Positions 24,813 to 36,470 of a stretch of DNA of 64,000 bases are shown one piece after another. The notes below the pieces were generated by a model. It was not told the DNA's origin. It did not search any database and saw only the letters and a program-made list of their open reading frames with translations. The position numbers and the translations under genes are program-made. The stretch comes from Camelus dromedarius (taxonomy: Eukaryota). The stretch is taken from assembly GCF_036321535.1 (NCBI RefSeq), contig NC_087437.1, positions 61,196,001-61,260,000 of the forward strand. The letters are read 5' to 3'. Numbering within the stretch: the first letter of the stretch is position 1; each line of letters starts with the position of its first letter.

Positions 24813-27363
24813 GTGGCATTTCCTTCTGCGTTCACTCTGGTGTGCTTTCACTCTGGTGTGCTGTGGGAAGGATGCCCTAAGGGCCTCGAGGAACTCCCGG
24901 TGCTGCAGTGTTTCTCTCCTCTCCTTATTCAGACTTTTGTCAGGCCTTTTTGTGCTCTTGGGGCCTTGGTGACATTCTGGCCTTTCTCTGACCACCGAGT
25001 TTGCTCTGTTTTCCGCTCATCTATTCTGACCTCCATTTTCCGTTTCCTTTGGTTAATCCCCTCCCCCCAGAATCACCTTCCTATCACGTGTACTGAGTCA
25101 GTGTCCTCTCCCAACATCATGTGGCACGTAAACAACACACATGCATCTACAAGCCCGCACACACACAAGTCACACCCCCTGCACCTCTCTCCTGGCCTCT
25201 TTGTCTTTTATTTTTGTCTTCTTGATAAACTGAGAGCCACAGAGCTGAAATCTAGTGTCCTGATTATGCTTCTGTCTGATTCCATCTGCTCTGGCCAGAT
25301 GGAGTGCTCTTAATCTGCATATAATTTTAGAGACAGGAGAGGTTGCCACGAGGACCGGACACCACCAGCCGCACACAGGGAGCCTGTCCATTCTCCGCCC
25401 CGCAGCTGTGCCCAGCTGGCCTACCCGAGGGGCCTTGCCAAGGAACGTATGAGAACAGAGCCTCTCCCGGGTTCTCAGTTGAGTGCTGACCCTGGAGATC
25501 AGAGCGCCCAGGACACCCTGAGGGCTATTTGGGGATACTTCCCTGGGCAGGCCCAGAGCTGGCCTGAGAGGCTGATACTTGAGAGAAGCAACTATTTTCT
25601 TCTGCTTAGACTCACTCAGACTGAGGATGTGCTGCGCTTCTGGCTGAGGAGGTCCTGACCCACTCCAGTCCTCAGCTCTCTCCAGTGCGGGAAAGGGGGG
25701 ATGGCTTTGCTACAGGAAGGGGTGAGCCTACAAGGAGCTTTTGGCGGGGGTGGTGCTCACTGCAGGGGACGAAGGAATGGCTTTCTTTCTCATGGGAATG
25801 CTTTCTCCTTGGGAACTGCCACCCTGCCTGGCTGAGCTGCAGGGAGCAGCCCCCGCTGTGTGGGCCTGCCCTGGGGACCCACAGCTCTGGCTCCTCAGCC
25901 ACATTGAGATGCCTCCTGACCCTCACTTGGTAGGAGGTCTGAAAGCTCTCCTGCTTCCCCTACTACTCCTGCCCTGAAGCCACCTCTCCTGTCCTGGGGA
26001 GCCTTTCTAGGTGGCTGGGGATCGGTAATCAAGGCTTTCTCCTGGGTGTCAGGAGGCTGCCAGCTCACAGGCTCTCCCCTTGATCTCTCCTGGCTCAGGT
26101 GGGCTCAGCCTGTGATCTGCCAGCTCAGGAAAGGGGTGAAGGGAAGCGCACCCCACCTTTAAAGATCCCAGACCTGAGCGGGGTCTCAGACCCCACTGGT
26201 GGGGGGGATTCCAGCATGTTTTGGAAAGAGGCCTAGTTCTAGTGACAGAGGCCTGAGTCGAGACGTGGCGTCTTGGAATCTCAGCTTCCTTCTTGTGGAA
26301 GTGCTCCAGGAACCACGGAGCCCGCGGAGGAGGACGTCTGCAGTCAGCGGGTGCTTCTCTTGTCCACCTCCACAGGGTGGGGCTCCCCTCCTCTTCTATT
26401 CCCTCTGTAGGCCCTGGAAATACTTCCTTGTGGAAGCTTCACACACATCACATCAAACACAGTGGAACATGCCTACAGCCCATAGTAAATTTTTTTGCTG
26501 TCAACTTTTGGAAAGAGTTTAAAGCAAGTTGCTTTATATATTATTTGGCTATACACAACTTACTGAATTTTAACTGGCTGACTTTTCAGTAATCATGGTG
26601 TTTATTGGAAATTCTTAGCAAGTGAGAAAAGCTACAAAGGGTTCTAAATGTAGGGCCATTGTCTTGAATTTTGAATGAGTTAATGTGTAAGCCAGTTGGG
26701 AAATCATTAGCATTTTCGTGGGAGTAATTACACATGAAAATTGCCAAAAATGACAAGTCAGTGTAGTGTTAATTCATAGCTCTCTACCCTTGAACTGATT
26801 TACTCCCAACCACTGAAATTGTTTGTTTTAAATCTTCCTGGGTGATTCAAATGTGTAGCCCCTGATCTCCAAGAAATTCAAAGCTGAGAGTCCACTGCGA
26901 TGGGCCCTCACAGGGGCTGTGGCCCAAGGGGAACCCAGATTCAGTTCCATTCCCTCAGGAAGGATGAATCCCTGCGGGAAAGAGGGAGTGCTCCCTTAGG
27001 GAAGTGCCCCCTTAGGGAAGTGCCCCTGGCCTCCAGCCTCAGGTCTTGTTCTTGGTAAGTACTAATGTAGATCAAAGACTAGTCAAACAGGGTTTAACCA
27101 CTATGTTTTTGAATTTGCGCTGTAGTCAGTTGGTTTGTCTTTATTGTTTTACTGCTGCCATTTTATTCACTACCCTTCAGTTGATTTATTGAATTTATTT
27201 TACTTCCCTTTTTATCTTTCACTGTTAATAGGTCCTGTTGGCAAGCAGAGGTGAGGAGGGCTGGGCCCAGCTGGGAGGAACTGAAGGCCAGAAGCAAGCT
27301 CCTGGGGCTTTGCTGGGCCTTCCTGCCCCTGCAGCAGGTGGCCTGGGGGACGTCCTTGATCTT

Positions 27364-27477
27364 TTTTTTTTTCAGGGGGCGGAGGTATTTGGTTTGTTAG
27401 TTTATTTTTGGAGGAGGTACTGGGGATTGAACCCAGGACCTCCTGCATGCACTCTACCTTGAGCTATACTCTCCCCC
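27364..27477 (-). mobile_element. tRNA-Ala-derived SINE (vic-1-like, small internal deletion)
   Basis: GGAGGTACTGGGGATTGAACCCAGGACC...GAGCTATACTCTCCCC. TSD core GTCCTTGATCTT at 27352 and 27483. Confidence 0.9.
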
Positions 27478-27719
27478 TGGAAGTCCTTGATCTTGAACCC
27501 AGCCGGTTAGGGTCTGTGGGTGGCCTCACTTTCAAAGTGAACTCCTGGGGCTTCTGGCCTTTCCAGCTGAGGAAGTCTGTGAGCCCAGGAGGCTTCCTCA
27601 AAGCTGCTCCTGATCTGCCCTCCCACCCCCGCGCTGCTGCAAGCCTCCAGCTCTCAGAAGCAGCGGAAAAGGGGACAGGAACAGGGGTCTATCAACAAGG
27701 ATAGGGGTGGTCAAGCATG

Positions 27720-28110
27720 GCAAGTTTGACGGTGGAATACAGCAGGCCAAAGGAACAAACCAGATTCATGTGTTTCAACAGGGACAACTCTCAAAACATA
27801 CTGTGGAGGAAAAAATGCAAGTTGCCAAACTCTGGGTGGTGTGTGATGCCATCTATGTGAAAGAACCCCCACAAACACAGTACATGTTGTACAGATTTGT
27901 ATATAAATAAAGGAATGGAAATGTCTACATTTTCTTAAAGTTCTGGAGCATACACATCAAACCCATAAAACTTAGTTACCCCTGGAGGGGTGGATAGGAT
28001 GACAAGGATTGAAAGTGATGGACAAAGAAACTTTAGATATAACAGTAATATTCTAATTTTTAAAAGAAAACTCATTTATGTATGTAAGTCAACCTATTTT
28101 TAAAAACACC
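27720..28110 (+). mobile_element. Ancient L1ME-like 3' fragment
   Basis: GGAATACAGCAG...CTCAAAACATACTGTGG...TAGTTACCCCTGGAGGG motifs of old L1M 3'UTRs. Confidence 0.55.
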
Positions 28111-29127
28111 TAAACTTCTTTTGGTAAAGGCAAAACATAAAGTGTGGAGTTGGAGGGTGTGGGTTGAAGCCCTGCTCCACCCCTTGTTACTCCGTGCCTG
28201 CGGGGCTGTTAGTTTACCGCCTGCCTCCATTACTACCTGGGTGAATGGCTTAATAAAAAGAGTGACTCAGATAGGCTTTCTGAAGAATTCAGTGGACTGG
28301 TGGACAAAGATATATATATATCCTAGTTATAATTAGCATTTTGTTTTAAAAAACAATTAGAGTCTCAGTAAAGACAGGCTCAAAATAAAATCTAAGATCA
28401 CTCCCCAAGGACAGAGAAAAGAGAGCGATCAGGAGAGCGGCCAGGATGGCGGAGTAGAAAGACCCTGGGAAAAGAAGGGAGAAAAGCAAACATTTACGAT
28501 GGTTTTACTGCGCCCCAGGCTCTGTACTGGGTGTACTCAGAGTTCACTTTACAGATGTGGACCCTGAAACAGGTTCAGCGACGTTGAACAGAATCTTGCC
28601 CCGGGGGAAGTTCTGGATTCAGATTTTGATTCCCCCAAATCCCAAACAGCTAACAGCAGGAGCAGCAGCAGCAACAATGGCAACAGCCACTATCACACTG
28701 GGATGTCATTTAATCATCATAAAGAAAAGTTTTATTACTCACATTTTACAAGTGAAGAAAGCGAGATGCAAGAGAGATGGAATAAGCTAGCCCTAAGTCC
28801 CAGGTCTGTCTCACTCCAAAGTCCAAGCTCTAAACCATGCTGCTCTGTGGCCTCCCTCCTCTACCCTACATCCCCTCTCTCCTCCCCTAGGAGATTCTGG
28901 CTTCCTCCCCCAGGGAGATTCTATCAGAATCTCAGAAAAGTGGAAAGGGAGAGGGTAGCCACGTACACCTGGAGGCAACCACTGCTCTAGACTGTATTAG
29001 TAGATCAGGTTGGCGGGTTTCTGGGGGTGGGTGCATGGAATCCCACGGCCACCTGGATTGAAGTATGGCTTCTTCAGACACAAGAGGACATGAAGGGGAC
29101 GTGGGAGATGAAAACCGATACTGCTTG

Positions 29128-29615
29128 TGTAGTGGGTTGCATTGTGTCTCCTAAAAAGATCCATGAAGGTGCCTATATAGTGCCTATATAGGTGCCTGGT
29201 GCCTATATAGGTGACCCTATTTGGAACTAGGGTCTTTGCAGATGTAATCTAGTTAGATGAACTCAAACTGGGTCAGGGTGAGCCATAGATCCAATGACTG
29301 GTGCCCTGATAAGAAGAGGGAGATTTGGACGCAGAGATACAAAGAAGACACATGTAGAAGAAGGCCACGTGACGATGTTGGCTGAGATGGAATGATGCAG
29401 CTCTGAGCCAAGGAACATCTAGGATTGCCAGCAACCAACGGAAGCTAGGAAGAGGCAAGGAAGTAGTTTCCCCTAGAGCCCTTGGAGGGAACATGGCCCT
29501 GCTGACACCTCGATGTAAGACTTCTAGCCTGTAGATCTGTGAGAGGATGAATTTATGTTGTCTAAGCCACCCAGTCTGTGCTAATGTGTTCTGGCAGCCC
29601 TGGGAAATTCAAACA
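29128..29615 (+). mobile_element. MaLR solo LTR (MLT1C-like)
   Basis: TGTAGTGGGTTG...GTGACCCTATTTGGAA.TAGGGTCTTTGCAGATGTAAT...GCCAAGGAAC...AAGCTAGGAAGAGGCAAGGAAG...TAAGCCACCCAGT...GCAGCCCTGGGAAA..AAACA. Confidence 0.9.
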
Positions 29616-29659
29616 AAATGATTGCTCCATAGATGATTGAGCAATCACAACATATCACG

Positions 29660-30300
29660 TGGACTTGGGTAGTGAGACAAAGGGCTTGATCCTTGGCCCT
29701 AATTCATTTTATTATCCCCTTGGATGAAAATAAAGAGACTATCTGCCAATAAAATAGGTGGATTATGCAAAACCTGGAAAGGAGGCTAGTACTGAAGACA
29801 GGATTTAAATTCAGAAACACCTCAGTGAACTGCAATAATGGACCAGATTTTGTAAGTTGAAATTTAATGAGGACAAAGTTCTTTATTTAGATTCAAAGAA
29901 CCAACTGCGGGGATGCAGAATGAGGAACCCCTGGCTTAATGATAGCTCATATAATAAAAGGTGTTGCCCTCAGTTGAGTATAATCCAACAGTACCTCATA
30001 TAGCAGTCACTACAAAAGCTAGTGTGTCTTTAGGGTGCACTATTCTCAAGGAGAAATGAGACAAGCATCCCATGGGCCCCTGGACTAGTCAGGCCACGTC
30101 TAATGCTTTATTCAGCTCTGGGTACCACGTTTTAGTATTTTGACACTACTCAGTATGTAGGGGAAGAAGGCCAGGAAACTGAGGGATCCAGAAACTGTTA
30201 TGCAAGGAAAACCAGGGGATCTAGGCTTACTTTCCCTGGAGATGAGAAGATGTGGGAATATGGGGCATATCTTTAAATGCTAACAGCTCTCATGAAGCAG
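29660..30300 (+). mobile_element. L3/CR1 LINE relic (3' part of RT)
   Basis: GAAATTTAATGAGGACAAA...AAGAACCAACTG...AAAAGCTAGTG...TAGTCAGGCCAC...TTCAGCTCTGGGTACCAC...CCTGGAGATGAGAAGA, characteristic of mammalian L3/CR1. Confidence 0.72.
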
Positions 30301-30402
30301 AGGAAATGGGCCAGTGGTGTAGTGTTTGAGGAGAAGGTTCCTAACCAGTGGCTTCGGCACTGATGGTGAGCAGCCACCTCAGTCTTTGGGCACGGGGCAC
30401 AA

Positions 30403-30888
30403 CTGTTGGTTTTGCAGCATTTATCTGCTCTTTTTCTAATAACAGCACCCAGATTTCCATGGTGAGACCACTCCATCCCCACGTTGTCCATGGTTCCTGG
30501 GTGGGCATATGACTCAGGCTTAGCCAATCAGAGTGCTCAATCTTTTGGCCATAGCAATCTGCTCAGGGATGGGCATCTGATCCAAGCCAGATTACTGAGT
30601 GTCTATCTCAGGCATATTGTTGCAACTACTAGACAGAGACCTTCTCCTTCCATTAAGATAACGAAGCTGGTGGGATAGAAACCTGGAGATACTGGAGGCC
30701 AAGGTGGGAGAGGAGACTGCTTGAGAAAGAAATCAACACAGGAAGTAGGGCTAAGAAATGGAGACAAAGATTTCTGCTCGCATCATGTGAATGCCTGGAT
30801 CCAGCCATTACTGATACAATTCCCTTTATGCTTTCATCAGTTTGAGTCAAGGGTTGGTCATTTGCAATCAAGTGTGAAATATATAATA
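30403..30888 (+). mobile_element. Old MaLR LTR (MLT1K-like)
   Basis: CTAATAACAGCACCCAGATTTC...GGGCATATGACTCAGGCTTAGCCAATCAGAG...GGGATGGGCATCTGATCCAAGC...CCTGGATCCAGCC...GTCATTTGCAA. Confidence 0.72.
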
Positions 30889-31146
30889 AGACAGCTGCAA
30901 GAATAGCAAGCTGTCTGATGACCTCACACAGAAGGAATTGTAATGGTCGACATTTATTGAGCACCATCTATATGTAGAAATTGTGGTATATTTTTATTTA
31001 AAGTTAATTTTTAATAGAGTTATGCTTGTATATAGTTCAACAAGTTAAATATTTCTGTAAGGCTTGTGAAAAACAACTGTCTCTTGCGACTCAGATCCCA
31101 TTTCCAATGCTTCAGAAGCAACCACTTTCAAGTTTTTCAGCTAATT

Positions 31147-32214
31147 TTTTTAAATTGAAGTATAGTCAGTTTATGATGTGTCAATTTCTGGTGTACAGCA
31201 TAATGTTTCAGCCATACATATACATACATACATTCGTTTTCATATTCCTTTTTTATTATAGATTACTACAAGATACTGAGTACAGTTCCCTGTGCTATAC
31301 AGAAGAAACTTGTTGTTTATCTATTTTGTATATACTAATAAGTGTGAATCTCAAACTCCCAATTTATCCCTTCCCACTCCCTTTCCCAGTAACCATAATA
31401 TTGTTTACTATGTTCTGTAGATAAGTTCATTAGAGTCTTCTTTTTTCTTTTTTTAGATTCCACATATGAGTGATAGCTTATGGTATTTTCCTTTCTCTTT
31501 CTGGCTTACCTCACTTAGAATGATGATCTCCTGATCCATCCATGTTGCTGCAAATGGCATTATTTTATTCTTTTTTATGGCTGAGTAGTATTCCATTGTA
31601 TAAATATATCATAACTGCTTTATCCAGTCATCTGTTGACATGTAGGTTGTTTCCATGTCTTGACTATTGTAAATAGTGCTGCTATGAACATTGGGGTACA
31701 TGTATCTTCTCGAATTAGAGTTCCCTCCAGACATATGCTCAGGAGTGGGATTGCTGGATCATATGGTAAGTCTATTTTTAGTTTTTTGAGGAATCTTCAT
31801 ACTGTTTTCCATAATGGCTGCACCAAACTGCATTCCCACCAACAGTATGGGAGGGTTCCCTTTTCTCCACACCCTCTCCAGCATTTTTCATTTGTGGACT
31901 TTTGAATGATGGCCATTCTGACTGGTGTGAGGTGACACCTCATTGTAGTTTTGATTTGCATTTCTCTGATAATTAGCGATACTGAGCATTTTTCATGTGC
32001 CTATTGGCCATTTGTATGTCTTCATTGGAGAATTCCTTGTTTAGGTCTTCTGCCCATTTTTGGACTGCGTTGTTTGTTTTTTTCTTATTAAGTTATATGA
32101 GCTGTTTATATATTCTGGAAATTAAACCTTTGTCAGTCTCATCATTTGCAAATATTTTCTCCCATTGCATACATTGTCACTTTGTTTTGCTTATGGTTTC
32201 CTTTGCTGTGCAAA
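31147..32214 (-). mobile_element. 5'-truncated young L1 with TSD
   Basis: Antisense ORF2 C-terminus and 3'UTR of the same type as 17000-17340. TSD TCAA(G/C)TTTTTCAGCTAATT at 31128-31146 and 32215-32233. Confidence 0.92.
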
Positions 32215-32239
32215 TCAACTTTTTCAGCTAATTAAAAAA

Positions 32240-32383
32240 ATTTTAATTGAAATGTAGTTGATTTACAATGTTACTTTCAGGTGTACAGCAAAGTGATCCA
32301 GTTATACATATATATACATTTTTTTTCTTTTCAGATTCTTTTCCATTGTATGTTATTACAAGAAATTGAATATAGTTCCCTGT
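32240..32383 (-). mobile_element. Short L1 3'-end fragment
   Basis: AATTGAAATGTAGTTGATTTACAATGTT...GGTGTACAGCAAAGTGAT...TTGAATATAGTTCCCTGT. Confidence 0.85.
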
Positions 32384-32389
32384 TCATCT

Positions 32390-33230
32390 AATTTTTAATC
32401 TCTTGACTTTTCACTGTGGAAGGTGAGGATTTAGCTTGTTTTCACTCTCCCTGTGCCCACCACACAGCACACTTCCCATCCTTGCTTCCTCCCCATTTAG
32501 TTATGTTGTAATTTTGTTTAGATCAATTTCACTGTTTATATTTTTGACTATGTAAACTCTATTCACAGCTCATCTAGTATACTATGATTACTTTTTCTGC
32601 AATAACATCTTGTTTGCTAGAGTTAACAATTGTCTTCCATTTTTCATTTGCTTAGTAGTCTATATACTTGTTACTAATTCAACCCCAAACTCTTTCCCAT
32701 GGATGCAAATCTCTAGTCAATATGTTGGAAACATTAGGTGGTCTGTCAGTTGCATCTTCCCTAACAGACCTTCTGATTGGCTCTGGTCCAGACCAGTTGC
32801 CTTGTTGGCCTTGGCCACAGCTGTTATCCTGGGATCTCTCCTCACCATCAGCTAGAGAGTCCCATTGCTTCTCATTTTATTGGCTCTTGGTTCCTGGATT
32901 CCATTTCTTCTTCTTCATGGTTTATTCTGTTGTTTTGCCAGAGCACATCCTCAAGTAGTTTCCTGGGAAATGGGTTTATGGGGCGTAAATGTTTGAGATC
33001 TTCTCTGAAACTGTTTCACACTCACACTTAATTGCTGTAGGTTGGACATCCTTTCCCCTCATAATTGTGAAGATCTTGTTCCATTGTGTTCTTGCTTCCA
33101 GAGGAACTATTGAGAAGGGTGAGGCAATTCTGATTCTGAATCCTTTGTATGAAACCTGTAGTTTTGCTTTGGTTTGGTTCTGCTTCCTCAAAACTTGTAG
33201 GATCTTCTCATTGTCCTTCATGAGCTGCCC
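32390..33230 (-). mobile_element. Ancient HAL1 (half-L1) relic
   Basis: GAGGATTTAGCT...TAGATCAAT...CTAATTCAACCCCAAACTCT resembles the recalled HAL1 3' region. It is followed by degraded ORF1-like antisense sequence (TTGTTCCATTGTGTTCTTGCTTCCAG..TTGAGAAG..ATTCTGATT). Confidence 0.65.
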
Positions 33231-33295
33231 CAGCAGATCTAAAGATAAACAAATCAGTCCCCAAGGAGCCCCCAAGGCCAATGGAGAACACACAT

Positions 33296-33821
33296 GTGTT
33301 GGTTATCTTACTCTGTAACGAATTACCCCAAAAGTTAGATGCTTAAAATAACATGCATTTGTTATCTCACAGTTTCGATGGGGCAGGAATCTGGGCACAG
33401 CTTAGGGATGTTCCTCTAACTCAGTCTCCATTCCAAAACCAATCAAGCTACCACTAGGGTGGGCATCATCTCAGAGGCCTGACTGAGGGGAGTTTTGCTT
33501 CCAGCTTACTCACATGCCAATAGACCCACCTTACTGACAATTAGCTAGAGACATCTGTTCCTTGCTACATGGGCCTCTCCATAGGACTTCTCCAGAATGG
33601 CAGTGTGCTTCCTCCAGAGTGAAGGCTCTGGCAGAGAGAGAGGTGCTGAAATCAGGGGCACAGACATTCTTTTTGTAACCAACCCTAACTTTTGCCTTAT
33701 TCTTCTCATTAGAAGGGAGTCAGTGAACTTAGTCTACACTCAAGAGAAGAGTATTGCACAAGGAGAAATACCAAGAGGCAGGGGTCATTGAGAGCCATCC
33801 TATTAGCAGCCACCTACCACA
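33296..33821 (-). mobile_element. MaLR solo LTR (MLT1F/G/H-like)
   Basis: TGTGTTGGTTATC...AATTACCCCAAA...TTATCTCACAGTTTC...CAGGAATCTGGGCACAGCTTAG...GGGCCTCTCCATAGG...CCTACCACA. Confidence 0.82.
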
Positions 33822-33829
33822 CCAGGCAA

Positions 33830-34400
33830 ATGGGTGATTAGGGCACGTGTGTTAAGTGCCGAGAGAGGCAAAGGCAGGTGCCACCTGAGGAGATTGGGGA
33901 GGGCTTCCTGGAGGAAGAAGCTTTGGGTTGAAATGTGAAAGATGAATGGGAGATATCCCAGGTGGACCAAGGGGTATAAGAGCATTCCAAGCAAAGAAAA
34001 AACATGCAAAAGCCAGAGCTTTGGAATGCTTGGTGGACTCTGGGAGCAAGATGACAGAGCGTGGAGCAGAAGGGTGAGATGCAAGCTTGGTTCATGAAGG
34101 ACTTGCATGCTTTCCCAAGGAGTTGGTGCTTTATCTTAGAGGCTCTGGGGAACTATGACTAGCTTTCAGGGGAGTGATACGACTAGGTCTATGTTTTAGT
34201 ACACTCCCTAGTTGCTGGCTAAGTGGGGAGGACTGGAGGAGCAGAGGTGGGAAGCAGGGGACCAATGAGGAGGCTGTGGCAGGTGTCCAGGTGAATGTGG
34301 GGGTGGTGACCTGGGGCCAGGTAAATGTGGCCAATGGGGCTTCTACAGTGTCAGTGAAAATAAATTCAGCCTGTCTGTGAGCCAGGTGAATGGAGGGGAG
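33830..34400 (-). mobile_element. L2 LINE relic
   Basis: GGGAGGGCTTCCTGGAGGAAG...AGCATTCCAAGCAAAG..CATGCAAAAGCC...AGGAGTTGGTGCTTTATC...GAGGAGGCTGTGGCAGGTGTCCAGG. Confidence 0.75.
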
Positions 34401-36300
34401 GGAAGAAGGGAGGGAGGAGGAAATGGATGTGAGTGGAGAGAGGTGTCGCACAGCCCAGAGCAGGCTTTGAGGAGCTGGTTGACTAGTAAGCAAAAGGTGA
34501 GCAGGCAGGGTCTTGCTCCTGCATTATGTGAAGGTTGGCAGGGTTGGATGGTAACTTTGGGAGGCTGGAAAGAAAGGTCGGGTAGAGATGTCATTGCCAC
34601 TTTTGGTCCTGGGTTTGGCCCCAGGCTGTCCATCCCTAAGTCCTACTGATTGCTCTTACTCTGCCTCTTTGATGGTTGCCTGTCTGTGGCTGAGAACTCC
34701 AACCCACCCCAGTGGCCTTCAGAGCTTGGCCCACCTTTGCCCTTCTGAAGTTCCTGGAAGACCTTGAGGCCTCGAACCTTAATGCCCCCCACTGATGCTG
34801 ATGTAACAGTCTTATCACCTCCTCTTTCTCTACATGACCGTGGGCAAGTGAGTCACTTCTCAGTCTTCTATCTATAAAATGAAGGGGATGGGCCAGCTGC
34901 TCCCTGTCATTCCTGCTAGCGCTGACTTGCTGGGATTCCATCTCCCACACACTTCTCTGGGTTCTATGGGCTTCATGCTGATTCTACAATATGCATTCCA
35001 GCCACCCTGATGGCTGTCTCCTTGCCTTTGCTCAGGCCTGCCCTGGGGAGCCCAGAGAGGCTGCATTGAGCTCAGCCCCTCATCTTCATCCTGCAAACTG
35101 TTTTTGAGGTTTGGTCTTGTTTCCAGGGGAGCACTTGCATGTTTGGACCAGGGTGTCCGGGCCTGGGATTTGCCCAGCACACCAGGAAGCATCAGCCAGA
35201 CACAGTCTTCCAGAAGTCATACAGTCTACCTCCTACTCCAGACAGAATGACTTTATTCATCAGAGATCATCTTTAAATAAGTACAGAAGAAAAACTCACA
35301 CCTTCATGGTAACACGTTCATATTTTGGATTCTCAGTGGTGAGGTTCTTTCTTAGATCTAGCCTAAATCCTTTAGGGAGCCGTAAAAGAGAACAAAGCTG
35401 CACTCTAAGGGCTCCTGGTTAGAAGACTCAGACTGAGTCCCACCCCATTCAGCTTTCCCTCACCAGAGGGAGGCCTTCCTACCAGGCCTCTAGATAGAAA
35501 GACAACTCTTGCTTTTCCCTCCTGTGCTCTCTGACTAGGCCCAGCCCACACCTGCCTTGGCCCAGATCTGCAGTTGCCCTTGGAGAACAGAAAGTCTGAG
35601 GATATTATGTAACTGGTCTTGGCCAGACATTCTGGTTCCACAGGTACAGCCTGCAAGTTAAAAATTGTTCTAAAAATGCAGTGCAGCTGCCTAAACACAC
35701 AGCCCTAGAGGACAAGGCTGGGGGCAGAGACCACGGTCAGAAGAAGGATGTGTTTTTCCATGGGGACTTTGGGCCCAGTGCTCTGACCCCATGGGAAACA
35801 TCAAACTCGGGGACAAGTGGTATATGCCTGCTCCCCAGAGATAGGTTTTGTGGCTTAACACCCTCTGAACTGTTTCCTCTAGAACCTGCTCTGTCTCCCT
35901 TTGCCTCTTCCTCTGAGAAAGCTGCTGTCACCCTGCCTCCTCCATCAGCCTGGCTGGTCTCCACCTGGGCCTACACTGGAGTCTTGCTTTTTGGGTTTTT
36001 TTAATGTCTCTTTCCCTTTCCATACTTTTAGGCACCTCTAACCTTCTACTTCTTCTTTTCTGGTTCCTTCTCATCTTCCTTTTCCTGTTTTTCCCTCCTT
36101 GCCTCAACTCCCCTCTACCGACTAAGTAATGGGGATGGGAATTCCTTTCTCCTCTCCTTAAACTCTGCCCCTGACCCTAAGCCTCTAGGACTTGTCCTGG
36201 TGGAGGGAGGCAGCCTCTGGTCCCTCCATCTGTGACATTGGGTAAGTTCCTTCTCATCTCTGGGCCTCAGTGAAATGGGGAAAATAATATGCACTTTATT

Positions 36301-36470
36301 ATTTTTTAATTTTATTTAAAAATTTTTATTTATTAATTTTTAAATTGTTTGGGGTTGGAGGAGATAATTAGGTTTTTATTTATTTATTTTTAATGGAGGT
36401 ACTGGGGATCGAACCCAGGACCTTGTGCATGCTGGGCATGTGCTCTACCACTGAGGTGTACCCTCCCCAC
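36301..36470 (-). mobile_element. tRNA-Ala-derived SINE (vic-1-like) inserted in a MIR
   Basis: Full head and tail. TSD TAATAT(G/C)CACTTTATT at 36285-36300 and 36471-36486. Confidence 0.92.

Noticed and set aside
28640..28690. CAG/GCA triplet run as a coding polyQ/polyA exon
   Set aside because: Short, impure, embedded between MIR fragments and without convincing splice sites.
29168..29213. CRISPR-like or other repeat-spacer array
   Set aside because: Only three short adjacent copies with no unique spacers, in a mammalian LTR. Slippage explains it.
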